NCBI RefSeq assembly: GCF_009834535.1
Contig: NC_045697.1
Span: 32,180,001-32,244,000, forward strand
Direction: 5' to 3'
Source of the DNA: Camelus ferus
Taxonomy: Eukaryota
Length of the DNA stretch: 64,000 nucleotides
The notes beneath the pieces are model-generated. The model was not told the DNA's origin, made no database searches, and saw only the letters and a program-made list of their open reading frames with translations. Of the stretch, positions 38,767 to 51,691 are shown one piece after another; position 1 is the stretch's first letter, and the number at the start of each line of letters is the position of its first letter. The position numbers and the translations under genes are program-made.

Positions 38767-39733
38767 GTAATAAATGTAATACAGTTTAATACAAAAGTAA
38801 ATTTTAGTCTTTTCTAAAGAGGGGACTCAGTTCAGGTTTTGAAAGGTTTCTCTCTGTAGAGCACATTGAATTTAATAAAAGAATATTCATAAAGATCTAC
38901 CTCTTCATATATTTTATGTATCTATACATGTAGATATAGATACATATACTTAAATTATTTTGATTTTTAAAGAAGAAAATAGAACCAAATTTTCGATCAC
39001 TGTACTACTAGTTTACTGAATTGATATTTTAGCCTTAAAGGAAAGAAATTTGATGTCTTTTTATCCTGAGTAGCTAAAAACATAATTTCCTTTAGCCTTT
39101 TTGAGTATTTGAAATTGAACATCGTTTGAAAGATAATTATAGTATTTCAGAGACCTTTGGAAAGTATTCCCAATTTTCCTTTAGTTCTTGCCACATTGTA
39201 ATAAATGACTTAATTTGTAAATTTGATATAATGTAGTCCTCAAAAATTACCTATTTGAAATATTCTGACACATATTGGAAAGTACTTTCAAATGATGACT
39301 AATGGACTTGAATTTTAATTCTGTTCTCACATACAAAAAAAGTTAACTTTGATCACTCAATTTCTCTGAATGCTAAACTTCTTTTATTTGTAAAATAAGA
39401 AATTAGAACTTCGATTTTATCTGTAGCTGTTTTGATTTATTATTAAATGAAACTGTATAATTAAGAAAGATAAAATTGTTAGATAAAGACAAAGGATTAA
39501 AAGTTCTGTTAGCAAGTATATTGTAATTCAAATACAAAATGGTTTTCCCTGTATTATAAATATTGATCAGATATTTTTACTAGACCATTAAAGACATATT
39601 CCTTCACTTTGCCCATTCTTTATTAGGATTTGTAAGGAAATCTTAAGTTGATAATTGACATCTGTCTGTGTTCATCAAATAAATCATTATTGGGATAAGT
39701 TATCATTAAATACATTTTTTCTTCCGTTTTTAG

Positions 39734-39867
39734 GCTCGAAGAGCAGTTCAGAAGAATATGATGTTTATTGATCAAAATAGAGTTATGCTTAAGTATCTCT
39801 TCCCTTTGAATGAAATTGTGGTGGATTTTTATGATTCTTTGAAATCCTTGTCTTCTGGATATGCTAG
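39734..39867 (+). CDS. GUF1: GUF1 exon 13
   Basis: [44 protein letters not shown](S); AG/GT flanks. Confidence 0.96.
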
Positions 39868-42198
39868 GTAAAAATTTAATGGGAAACTGAGATACCTGGA
39901 TAGTCTTTTGAAATATTGACCAGCAAGAGTATGCTAATAACTTCACTTATTTGATAATGTAAACTTTCTTGAAGATGGTTGAGAATCATACTCAAAACTT
40001 GGAGCAACTTTATAGGTGTTACAGAGTACTTGTAATTTGCTTAATGGAAGAAAGAATTCCTTTGAGTCATCAAACTATTACCCTTTTCTTAATGAAAAAA
40101 ATTATAGTGCCCTCTTCATGAAATATGTATGTTGATTAAAAAGTATACATAATTTTAAAAGGCTACTGTGACCTCAGGGGCACTTTTAAAATGTATTTGT
40201 ATGTTATAATCCTAGGAGCCATTTGTATATATTCAGACATTTAGAAAATAGAAGTATATATTTTGTTTGTAAAAAATCCTAGGTGTGCCCCTGTATTTGT
40301 GAACACTGCAATAACTTGATCTTGCCAGGAATAAGTGGTCTGCATTAAGAAAACCATTGTCTTACCCCATAGGAGTACATGGAGGAGGAGCCTGATAAAA
40401 GTGAAGGAAGAGTTAATATTAAATAACAAAGAACTCAGTGCATGGCATTTTGGGAGTATTTTTTGTTGGGGCAGATAACTCTAGTTGCCATAAGTATCCT
40501 AAAATCTTACATTACTGGATAGCATATACTAGTGTCTAAAGGAAATATAATGGGGAAGTAGAGGGAAAAGTTAATGTTCACATCTGTAAAACACATGCAT
40601 ACATGGGCAGGCATATTTGAAATTAGCATTGAAAGGATAATTCCAGTGCTAGACGGCCATACTGCAGTGACCTGGAAGTTTACTTTATGAAATGAGCTTC
40701 TAGGTGAAGAGAGTCAGCATAACTCAGGATAGAAAGGAATCTTCTTTATGTTCTTTTGTGCTGAGAATTTTTTTTTTTCTACTTTGTCACCCAGTTATTT
40801 TTCTTATTTCCTTCGGATGAGATCTTGAGGAAATAAGTAGCAATATAATTTAAAATAAAATGAATTGAGGCAGCATGTTGTTAAACAATTACTATTATGA
40901 TTACTAAGTGTTTATAACATTTTTAACAAAAGTTTGTGCATTCTAGTTTGCATTTGAATACCACTTTCTGGGTGAAGTGGTCTTAAAATCTTTTAGCTTA
41001 GAAACTTAAATGTATTTTGCATTAAGTGAGAGAACATGGTTTATTATGAACTGTGTAAAAGTAAAATAATTCCAGCTTCCAAAGTTAAGGTAATTCTTAT
41101 GTTTTAAGAATGCACATGGATATTTTTTCATATTTTTGAAAATTGAAATTCTAAAATTTTTTGAGCACAGAACAAGGTGAACATCTGACTGTAAACAAAG
41201 TGAACGTCTAAGGACTATGTCTGTTTTCTATCTCTCTGTATTCTGTATAGTCCTTAACATGGTACTTTTCATGTAGTACATGCTTAATGGTATTTGTTGG
41301 AAAAAAGGAAGGATTTTTGGCGATGCTTCAGGCAGTAATCTGGTTTTAGAGAGTATTGGGGTCACCTTGTGACCTTCCTGCTGAAAACCTTTAGAAGCCA
41401 AACATTTGCAACTCTAGGCACCAGTTTGTTTTAAAATTAAGGCAGTAAGAATACACGTTCTTGTTCACAGTTGCAAAGACATGTAAGCATAATTTAAATT
41501 TTTCTTATCAGACTTCAGTTTTAAGTTAAACTTGTTTGTTTTAATTAGCATTGTAAGCTTTGACCATATTGTTAATAATAATAGCTGAAACTTACTAAGT
41601 ACTTAAATGTGCTAAGCTCTGTTCTTAGCACTTTTTATGTACTAGGCACTGTTCAAGTTTTTACATGTATGAACTCATTTCATTCTCAAAAAGCCCTGTG
41701 AAGATTCATACTGAAGAGCCATATATGAAATTCAGAATTCTCATTTATGAACGACTTTATCAGTGCCATAGTATTTATTTACCTGGTAATAGAAAACTAA
41801 ACAGAAACCCAACTCTTGAGTCTGAGAATGATCCACTAATATATTGTTTTCTACAGCGAGCCAGCTGCTAGGAGGGAACATTGAGAAGGTGACATTTGCT
41901 TTCAATGATCCATTTTCCTAGCCTGGCTTAATTTCTTTCCTTCCCATAGTGCAGCATGTTCTCCTTGATTTTGTATCTCATTTCATAAATGTAAAAAGGT
42001 GAGTAAGTTTGTTCTTTGCTGTGGTCATTTAGATCCAGTCATCTGAAATGTACATGTAGTATTTTGTTGGAAAGTTAGATCTTTGATGGGGGTGGTGGAA
42101 GGGTATGAGAGGAGACAGAAAAAAGATATTTTGAAAAGAAAAAAATTTAATTTCTTGGGAAATATAATGTTTATCACTTGGACATTTTTCCTTGTTAG

Positions 42199-42300
42199 TT
42201 TTGATTACGAAGATGCAGGCTACCAGACGGCAGAACTTGTAAAAATGGATATTTTGTTGAATGGAAATATTGTAGAAGAGCTAGTAACTGTTGTACACAA
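42199..42300 (+). CDS. GUF1: GUF1 exon 14
   Basis: [33 protein letters not shown](K); AG/GT flanks. Confidence 0.96.
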
Positions 42301-43137
42301 GTAAGTCAAATAGAAACTAATCATGGGATGTGAAAGTAACCACTCTTGACATGTTTTCATTTAACTGTCAGTTGCTCATTTTTACTTGACAGCTACATTT
42401 TGAAAAATTAAAGTAATTAAATTACCATGTACTAGTTTTTCCTTCCATTCTTTTCCCAAGCTTCTCTTTCCAAACTGTTAAAATATAAAAGAATAGAATT
42501 AATTATAATAGCCAAAAAGAATAATGTCATGGAAGGAAATGTTTCCCTTATCAGGTAAGACAAAGTAAATGTTTTTTAACATTTTATTTATGTATTTCTT
42601 TAATTGTATTTTAACGTTTATATTTTATAATAATGAAAAATGAAATCCCCTACATGTTCAGGAAATAGTTGATTGGTTAATATAAATTATGGAGCACCCA
42701 TATAATAATTTATCTTAAGCCACTAAAACTATATTGTCCAGTAATATTTAGTGACATAAAAAATGTATTAAATAAAAAGGTAGAATATATCATAGCAGTA
42801 TGTCACAAGCTGTAAAAGGTAATTAAATATGTATGCAGAAAAATAACTAGAAGAATGGAAATGTGTTTAACAAACATTCTAAGATGTTTAACAGCGCCAT
42901 TCTGAGGGTAGGGGAAGGACCTCAAGAATGGTTTTTATTCTTAATGTTTCTCTAGATTTTCTGTTATAGATCATGTTTTTGCAGTATGATTTAGAGAGTA
43001 AGTGAAGTTTATGATAAATATGTTCATTTGTACCTCCTTAAGAAATCACCTTAAATTGATTATGTATATCAATTAGAAAGCTATTTTAATTATTCTTATT
43101 TGGGATATGTGAAAAGTTGAATTTTGTCCTTTCTTAG

Positions 43138-43257
43138 AGACAAAGCGCACACTGTTGGCAAAGCCATATGTGAACGTCTGAAGGATTCTCTTCCTCGGCA
43201 GCTGTTTGAGATAGCAATTCAAGCTGCCGTTGGAAGTAAAATCATTGCAAGAGAAAC
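43138..43257 (+). CDS. GUF1: GUF1 exon 15
   Basis: [39 protein letters not shown](T); LepA C-terminal domain. Confidence 0.96.
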
Positions 43258-44844
43258 GTGAGTTGAAATTCATTTTTGTTCCCTGGTTGGTTTTAGCAGT
43301 GATATACCTAGAAAAATGAAAGAATATTGAAAAATTTAATTTGACATTGGCCTAAACTTTATTTCTACTTATAAAAACACTAATCTGACTCTTAATTCCA
43401 CTAACCTAAGTAATGACTGTTACTTTGAATTACTTATATGACACTTTTGGGTGATAATTATTTACATTAATATAACTTACATGGGTTTGAGAAATTTTAT
43501 TTGCATTCATTTTATTGAATGACCCCACTGAATTTCCTGGGTAATGGATTTCTGTAGTTTTTGATTTTTTTTTAATCCCTTTAATTAATCGGAACCAGAA
43601 TTTAAAAGGTTTTGGAGATATTTTTCCAAAAGATAAAACTACATTATGATTTTTACTTGCATTTAATATCACTTCCTTAGAGCTAGTTAGGTTGTAAATT
43701 GGAAAGGTGAGAGAAGAATGCTGATACCATGTTAGGCTTTGGGAGTTTGCATTCTAGATTAGGGACTTACCATGTGATACAGCAGACATGGTGATAGGCT
43801 ACTCAGTGTAGGAAACACTATAGTCTTTCATGAAACGTGATGTATAAATCAGAACATGGAATAAGCTGCACTCCTAGTAACAGTAAGTGCAGAAGTATCT
43901 TGTAGCATTTCTCATTTTGTTTCCTTGATGATCTTAAGACTCTGGAAAGTCAGAATTATCTTAGTTGGAAATTGCTATTCAAGTCTAGCTTAACCCAAAC
44001 CTAATATATCAGTAGTGGTGAAATACAACATCATTTTTATATACAGTCTTGGGATAAATGTTATGCCTCTATTTGCAAAGAATTTCATTTCCTAACAGCA
44101 TTTTGCTATAGTTATTTTGTGTTTCATGAATACTCAGATATTAGAATGGTGTTGGTAACCAGGGAACATCCAGGAAAGTGCAATTTAAAATAATTATTAC
44201 CAAGTATCATTCTAACTTAAATGTGTTGGGGTAGAGAATACCTTAAAGAAAAAAAATTTTATATCTTCTTATGGAATACATAAAAATGCAGCTATTTTCA
44301 AATTTTTGATCCTCTAAATTTTTCAGATAAATTATAAAAATAGATTAATTATAGCTGCTTAGATGGATATCGTTTATTGTGAAATGGGTTTTATAAAAGT
44401 AATATGTTTTTCTTTATATTCCTTAGTCACTCTTGACTCACAATCAGAGTTAGTAATGAGATAATAATGATTTTAAATTAATTTTTTTAGAAATAGTAGT
44501 GGTAGTAGTATTTTTAGGTTGAACTGGAAATGACCTTGTATAATTCTTGTAATTAAGATCACACCATGCTCGAATTTGGCCTCATCAAGACTACCCACAA
44601 GCCTTGACCTTTTTTTATTCTTAAAGTATATATTGATAGTCATGTTGAATTCATTTTGTTTTGTACTGATTACATGAAAATAAATACAATAGCATTTGAG
44701 CTATCTAATTATTTGCTTATGGCAATTTTACATGGGTATGACTTGATCTTAATATCCTTAGTAAAGAGAAGGTTGTTTTTTGAAATAAGTACTTTTAACT
44801 GGTATAATTAAGTTACGTACAGATACAAATTTCCTCTTTTACAG

Positions 44845-44881
44845 TGTGAAAGCCTATAGGAAAAATGTTCTGGCAAAATGC
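44845..44881 (+). CDS. GUF1: GUF1 exon 16 (37 nt)
   Basis: VKAYRKNVLAKC; acceptor TTTTACAG, donor TGC|GTACGT; joins to form AKCYGGD. Confidence 0.93.
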
Positions 44882-45017
44882 GTACGTATATGCACATGTT
44901 TCACTTTGTTAACGATGTATCTATTTTGTACGTTTAAAATCAAGTGGGGAATACATACATTGGTTTCCATTGTTGGTTTTTATAATACCCTTTATTTCAT
45001 GCCCACATTTTCTTTTT

Positions 45018-45169
45018 TTGTTTGTTTCTTTTAGGTTTTTTTGGGGGGGAGGGAAGGCAATTAGGTTTACTTATTTATTACTATTTTATTTAATGGTGGT
45101 ACTGAGGATTGAACCCAGGACCTCATGCATGCTAAGCACTCTATTCTACCACTGAGCTCTACCCTCCCC
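45018..45169 (-). mobile_element. tRNA-derived SINE, camelid Vic-1-like
   Basis: Minus strand GGGGAGGGTAGAGCTCAGTGGTAG (A box)...GGTCCTGGGTTCAATCC (B box), AT-rich body, C-run and A-tail; 14-bp TSD CACATTTTCTTTTT/CACGTTTTCTTTTT with one mismatch. Confidence 0.85.
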
Positions 45170-45848
45170 CACGTTTTCTTTTTAAATAGGTAAATTTCAG
45201 CTTGACCATACTGATAGCATATTCATTTTGATCACATTCTTAAATATTTCCCATCTTACTTATAAAAATTTCCTTATATGCAATACTACCCAAGAACCTT
45301 TTGTAACAATTATGATCAGGATAAAAGTTCTATTGATTTAATACATAAGGAAAGATTTTAAAGACAATGACTGTTTTACAAAGGGAATTGAAATTGAAAT
45401 CCATCTCTCTCACACTGCCAAGTTTACTATTTCATCTCTTTTATAAAAATGATTCTTAAGTCCGTTATTATGAGAATTAAATCATAAATGCTTTTTCTAG
45501 GGACTGGCACATTGAAGCCTAGGTGAGTTCCTGTATCAGACTACACTAGGTAGTCCAGAATTTCAAGCCCTTGAATCAGTAAGGAGATTGATAACTCTTC
45601 TTGTACATGCATCCTGGGTTTCCTTGAGGATCTTTATCTCTATCTTAAAAAAATAAAGCCTTTATCATTCTTTGAGAAGATAGTAAAATTAGGCTCTGCT
45701 AGGAAGGGGATTGGAGGTAATTCTGCAGATGTCTACTTCATGGGTAATAATTGTAAGGTGCTTATAATTGTACTGCTGTGTCTAGGTAATTGTAGGATTA
45801 TTTTCTGTGGAGTGATTTGGATTTCCAACTTTTTAAATTTTGTTTCAG

Positions 45849-45986
45849 TATGGTGGTGATATTACCCGAAAAATGAAACTTTTGAAGAGACAAGCAGAAG
45901 GAAAGAAAAAACTGAGGAAGGTTGGCAATGTTGAAGTTCCAAAAGATGCTTTTATAAAAGTTCTGAGAACACAATCTGATAAATAA
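45849..45986 (+). CDS. GUF1: GUF1 exon 17 (last coding)
   Basis: [48 protein letters not shown]. The 17 exons sum to 2010 nt = 669 aa plus stop. Confidence 0.97.
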   Translation, partial: YGGDITRKMKLLKRQAEGKKKLRKVGNVEVPKDAFIKVLRTQSDK

Positions 45987-46016
45987 TTGATGGGAAAATA
46001 TAAGGAATTTTCATAA

Positions 46017-46080
46017 ATTAAAAATTGTGTATCCTTTAATTTTTCTTAGTAATTTATATGTTGAACACAATGGAATTAAA
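46017..46080 (+). terminator. GUF1: Candidate proximal GUF1 polyadenylation signals (ATTAAA x2)
   Basis: ATTAAA at 46017-46022 and 46075-46080, shortly after the stop, with T-rich sequence downstream. Usage is not demonstrable from sequence. Confidence 0.35.
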
Positions 46081-46149
46081 ATTAGAAAATTTGCTTGATA
46101 CTTTCAAGGTTTTCAAGTTTTAAATAACCTCTTGGTTTTTCTTAGAAAG

Positions 46150-46345
46150 AGAGTAGTGGGTAGATAAGAGCTTGGGTTCTGAAGCCATATTTTCCTGGTT
46201 TCAGCTTCCTATTCCACAACTCAACTAGGTAAGGTAACCTTGGCCAAATTACCCTCTTTTTATCCATTTAGTCTTCATTAAAATCACGATTATTCTATTA
46301 CTTACCTCTGTAGGCTGTTGTGAAGGTTAGATGAAATATGCTTAA
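46150..46345 (+). mobile_element. MIR SINE just 3' of the GUF1 stop (probably in the 3' UTR)
   Basis: ATAAGAGCTTGGGTTCTGAAGCCA...GTAACCTTGGCCAAATTA...CTTACCTCTGTAGGCTGTTGTGAAGGTTAGATGA. Confidence 0.7.
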
Positions 46346-47831
46346 AATATTGAGGAGACTACATGACAGCATATGCACAGTGAAATTTGTCTTCAGACAT
46401 ATTCCTTACACTGAAAGGGCCCCATACTTAAGATTCTTTCTGTCTAGTTCATGCCTGAGATAAAATATTTTCAGTCAGTGTCAACTTGTTAGCTGGATAT
46501 ATTTAGGTGATACATAGGAATCTTTTTAAACAAAGTCAAATAACATAGTGTCTAGACATGTGCTCTAGTTTTCCATAAAATGTTTATAAATGTTTGACAC
46601 TACAGTTTTCATGTACATATAAGTTAAAGTAAGGGTGGGGCTGTCTTACTTCTAACTAAAATGCATTTGTGCAAAGTGATGTTTGGTATTAGCAGCAGCT
46701 GTTATTAATGACAGTTTAATAATTAATGTCTAGATTTTGTAGTTGAGGCGACTGAGCTTGAGAGTAGTTCAGTAACTTAAGGTTACACAGCCAGCAAGTG
46801 ATTGTCTTAGTCCAAAGCATGTGCTTTCTTTACTCAGTCACTGAACAAACCAGAGGACAGACTATTACAGTAAGATAAAATAGCTTAGCTGTGAGATAAG
46901 ATTTTTTTCCTCTACCATTATTGCCAGGGGAAAGTTAAAAGTTGGTACCTGGCACATAGTATGCACTACTATTCTGTAACATCTGGGCTTCATTAGCATG
47001 CTTGTGATTTGGACACTTTTTTTCCCTTTAGTCTCTGACTTTTTGGGAAACAGTTTTACTTGAAATAGTAAAAAATATATTTTTCAATTTTTTTTGCATA
47101 CGCTTATGTTCTCTCCCCTGGCCACTCTCCCAAACATGATTTAGAGTTGTGTGCCTTCTAAGTGTTATCCCCTAGAGGATCTTACATTACTGATTTTTTG
47201 CATGCAATGATGTAAACTGAATATTATAACAGCCACCATTTATTGAGTTTAATATGTGACAGCCACTGTGCTGAGCCCTCTTCCCTCATTCAGTCTGCAT
47301 AACAGTGGAGGTACAGGTACTGTTACCATTCTATTTTATGAGGGAAGAAGCTCAAACTCAAGTATTGCCCAATGTCACAGCTGTTGACAGCTATTTTTTT
47401 TTTTTTACCCCCCAAACCCCAATCCTTAGCTACCATGCTTTATTGCCTCTTGTGGAAATATCGTCAATAGGCTTCTTAGTTTTTTTGCTTAACAGCAGCT
47501 TAGCTCCCCAGTTAGTGAGCTAAAGTGTTCAGAAAGCAGTTTGCTGTGGACCTTAACTACATGGACTTGTAACATCAAGGGCAGTGATACATCTTTTAGA
47601 CTCCTTTTGTTTCAGCTTGCACATATGGAAAGCACTGAAATAACAGATGAGCTGCATCTGAACAGGTATCCATACCTTCTAAGGTAGTTTGCAGTAACCA
47701 GTACTTATTACCAGGTGTGGGACTGGGAGATGATACTGATTCACTATAGTCATTTAAAAACCATTTGTAACACTTAAGGCTACTAGAACTTCATTATCTA
47801 GAATTAAAGCAGCATATTTTATCCTAACAGT

Positions 47832-48197
47832 TTTATTTATTTTTTAATTTATTTGCTATTTAAATATTTTCAGGAATTTAACTGTAAATACAGTCACATA
47901 GGCAACTGAGCAGGCATGTAAGTGATGCTTTGTCTACTAGATAGACTTAGAAGAGGCAAAATATGCAGAGGAAAGGAAGCTTTTTTTTTTTTTAAACTCC
48001 CCAAGGAGCACAACTAAGAAATAAGAAACAGAGACATTGTCTTTTAATTTAAATCTCCTTACTAAATGATGACAACAAAAAGTACATTCCGGCACAGAGC
48101 TGCTATGAATTGTTACAGTCTCTTAGATGTATGTTTTCAATTTCACCTCTGAAAATAAAATTTAGGTAACTTATATTTGTTTATTATAAGCTTTATT
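47832..48197 (-). terminator. GNPDA2: Candidate GNPDA2 polyadenylation signals (AATAAA cluster)
   Basis: Minus-strand AATAAA at 48192-48197, 48180-48185, 47848-47853 and 47832-47837, about 0.95-1.3 kb after the stop. Confidence 0.45.
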
Positions 48198-49141
48198 TGA
48201 GTTAAAGATAGAAAACAATATACTTCTATTTGCAATTTAATGATGCGAGTTAATGGTAATCTAAAATAGCTTACAGTAATTCCTTTTATATTATACTTCA
48301 TATTATCCTTTTAGACATATATATAAGGAATAAAGCTAATTGTTTATGAAGTTTAACAGTAATCAGAAAATTTTCTTCAAAAGAATTCCCTATATGTGTG
48401 GCTAAGTATAAAGCTCATAATTGCCAAAATACTTACAAGTGCATGAACCCAAGTCATTAAATAAAAATAAGAGCACATTTGTAAAAAAGTGCTATAGAAG
48501 AAGGTGCACAAAAAACACGCACTTATATATACTTTCCAAAAGGGTGTAAACTGTACTTTTAGGCACTGTCATTTCTCCAAATTTTCTGTACCAATATTAC
48601 ATAGCTGGACTTTTGATGTCCAAATGCTACTGCAGGAAGACGACTAAGGCAACCACGTGCAGAAAGCTTGTGTGTGATGCAGAGAAAATATAAAGATAGC
48701 ATTCCAGAAGTAAAGACTTGTAATGACAGTTGTTTGATACCTGAAAGGCTTCAAGGGTATTCTTGTGATTAAAAAAAAATTAAAATCTAAGAATGCCTCT
48801 GTAGTCATATGAAGGTACTTGATGTACAGAATCTTCACCTTTAAAATCACTTAATATTTGTAAACAGGCAAACATTTCATTTCTGTGCTGTTTTATAGAG
48901 TGGCTATGTGGCTTCTGTACTTTATAATAACAAATGGCTGATCAATTGAGAGAGCCAATTACTTCTCCTAAACCCTAGTATAAAATGGACACATTCTAAG
49001 TATGGAATGTTTAACATACAGATATTGGACTTTAAAAATGACATATTCAAAAATTCCCCATGTTTTATATTGCATAGCTGAAAATTCATCTATGTATAAA
49101 AGTGTTCTATTCATTCAAGCAGAATTTTGATCCAATCTCCT

Positions 49142-49203
49142 TCAGTTTCCTTCTTTCATACTGTATAGTGGATCCACAAGTTTATTGTGCACATGCATTA
49201 AAC
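49142..49203 (-). CDS. GNPDA2: GNPDA2 last coding exon
   Basis: (G)LMHVHNKLVDPLYSMKEGN-TGA. The short C-terminus and the position next to GUF1 indicate GNPDA2 rather than GNPDA1. Confidence 0.95.
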
Positions 49204-50099
49204 CTTAAAGAAAAAAAAGCACAATTCTAGTTGTATTTCTCATTTTGAACTACATCTCATTTACTTTAGAATACAAAAAATTTAATAAGCAGTATATTGG
49301 TTCCCATCTGATAGAAAAAAATTTATTTAAAATATGCAAATAGGAATGTTTCAGAATGTTAAGTTTTAACTACCTAGCAAATACCAACTTACAGCTTATG
49401 AAAACATGGATTTAAAACGGGTACAGGTCCTTTGGGATAACTGTAATTAGGAGTTCTTGTCTTCAGAACTTCAGTATGACGAGGTAACAAATTTGAATAC
49501 TGCCTAATTACATCTAAAAGTCAGCTGAGTCTGATCCTCCAGCAGTTAATCTACCAGATTCCACTGGGAGAGGTTTACTAAAACAATATAGAAGATAACA
49601 TATTAAATATTAATTTCCAAGTAAATTTAAATTTCATCTTATAATTGGTATACTTACAAACTTTCCTTACTAAAGCTTCTTGGGAAGTATCTTCTCATTA
49701 CTCATGTCTAAATGCACATGTACTGTATTTCTTCAAGGAAAAAAAATTGTTCCCATTGCTGAACTAAACATTTTATATTTTGTAGGTTAAAGAAATCAGT
49801 TAAATTTACCAGGTTATTAAGAACATGGAGGCCAGGGAAAAGGACTCATGATGTGGTTCTTAGGAAATGAGATTTCTGGATCAAGGAGACAAGGTACTAT
49901 AGTTAGTAAGATGTTCTTTGTCACGAACGCTGCAAAAGCACTGCAAAATCCAAACTGGGGAAGAACCAATTTTAAGAGATAAGCAAAGTGACATGCAAAG
50001 AGCACTTAACTATACATGTAGTAAGAGGAAAACCAGAGGAGTCTTAAAAGGAGGGGAGAAATAATCCCTAGTGTAACTGAAAGAGAGAATGCTAACTAC

Positions 50100-50930
50100 T
50101 TACCAGCCTACTTCAGTGTCTAGTCAGTACCTCAAACTTGTTAACAAGGTTAAGACCCATTTTTTCCCTTCTAAACCATTTCTTAAAAATCTTGGTATAT
50201 GGTGTTACCCTTCAATGAGGTGCTAAAGCCAGACAACTGAAATTCACTGTTGATTTTTCTCTTTCCCTTTTTAATTCAGCAGCAAGACTGCCTGGCACTA
50301 CTTTCAAAATATATCCCAAACTAGCCACTGTTCATCTCCACGGTTACTGCCCTGGTCAAAGCCACTGTCTTCCTCTAATCTGACTACCAACTCAATACCC
50401 TACATTCATCATTTCCCTCTGCCCCATAATAGAATTTCTACACAGCAGGCAATCTAATTTCTTAAAAAAGACTACATCATACTATTTCGTTACTTAAAAT
50501 TCTCCAATTGCTCTGGTCACTTAGAAAATAACTTGGATTTTATTCTTTTGTCTTTGTTTATCCTTCTGGTCTCACATCCTCTCACTTTCCCCCTTATATG
50601 CTATACTAAACACTGGCTTTGCTACTGTCACCTCAGAAGGTCTAAGCTTGGTTCTAGTGCCTGGTCTTTATACTTGCTGTCTCATTCAGCCTGGAATGCT
50701 CTTCTCCCTGAGCAAAGCATGACTGTCTCCTTTTTGCTTATTAGATCTCAGCCTAAATGTCATCTTACAATGAATTACTATTTCACTTTCTTTAGAGCAA
50801 TTTTTAGTCTTAGAAAATGTTTTTCTACTATGTCTCCAACTAGAAACTGAGGAGGACCTTCAATTCACTGCCTGAAGTCCTAGGTCTGTAAAGGTCATGA
50901 CACATGGAAGCTCAATGAACATTTACCTTA
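50100..50930 (+). mobile_element. L2 LINE remnant
   Basis: CCTGGTCAAAGCCAC, TTTCTACACAGCAG, GCCTGGAATGCTCTTC, ending GCTCAATGAACATTT. Boundaries approximate. Confidence 0.6.
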
Positions 50931-51563
50931 GAAAATCTGTGAAGTTTCAGTGAGATGGCCTCTAGAAGCTTTTTTTTTAAATTTAAAATGAACCTAGAAC
51001 ATAGATTGATAAAAAGGAGACAAGAAAAAGGAAGGATGGAGACAGAGATTCTGTAGTTCAAGGTCCTTAAGGCAGAAAGGGATCCAGGGCACTGGCAGAA
51101 TAACTAGACATGAAAGGATGCTTAAGGATGAGGATGAATTTAGAGTCTTGGAGGTAGGACTGTGGAGAGACTAGTTAAACCTTCCATGCAGCTGGAGGGA
51201 AAGAAGGGCCAAAAGGGTAAAGTGAGTAATGGGAAAAGTTTGAAGACAGAACAAGGAGCACAGCTAACCAAGGAAGTGAATGGATCTTCATATAAAAAAA
51301 TACCAAACAAAGCATAAAAGTGCTTGATTGGTTCTGCCTCCACCTCAGGTGTATGGCAGCCACTTGGCTATCTGGCCCTATTTATGAAATGGAGTAATCT
51401 CAGTTCAGAGATTCAGAACAGAAAGCAATGTACTAAACATAGTGCATAAAAGTCTTATAATGATGTTTGGTTTGTATGTCCTAATACTTGAATGTTTCTA
51501 TGACAGTTCCATAAAGTTAAATAACCCCCCTTCCATGCTTACCAGTGCTTTGAGGACAAAAAG

Positions 51564-51691
51564 CCTGTGATAAAAATCCATGAATATGTGGACAAACCAA
51601 TGAGTATTTTATTCATTAGACTATCTTCCTGTGATAAAAATCCATGAATATGTGGACAAACCAATGAGTATTTTATTCATTAGACTATCTT
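51564..51691. repeat. Perfect 64-bp tandem duplication
   Basis: 51564-51627 is identical to 51628-51691. Confidence 0.97.

Noticed and set aside
37662..39946. Minus-strand ORFs of 102 aa and 107 aa
   Set aside because: Antisense shadows of GUF1 exons 11 and 13.
45095..45169. tRNA gene
   Set aside because: The A and B boxes belong to a SINE head that has a tail and target-site duplication.
51564..51691. Tandem repeats here and at 35111-35152 considered as CRISPR-like arrays
   Set aside because: Contiguous copies with no spacers, no cas genes, and a eukaryotic intron context.
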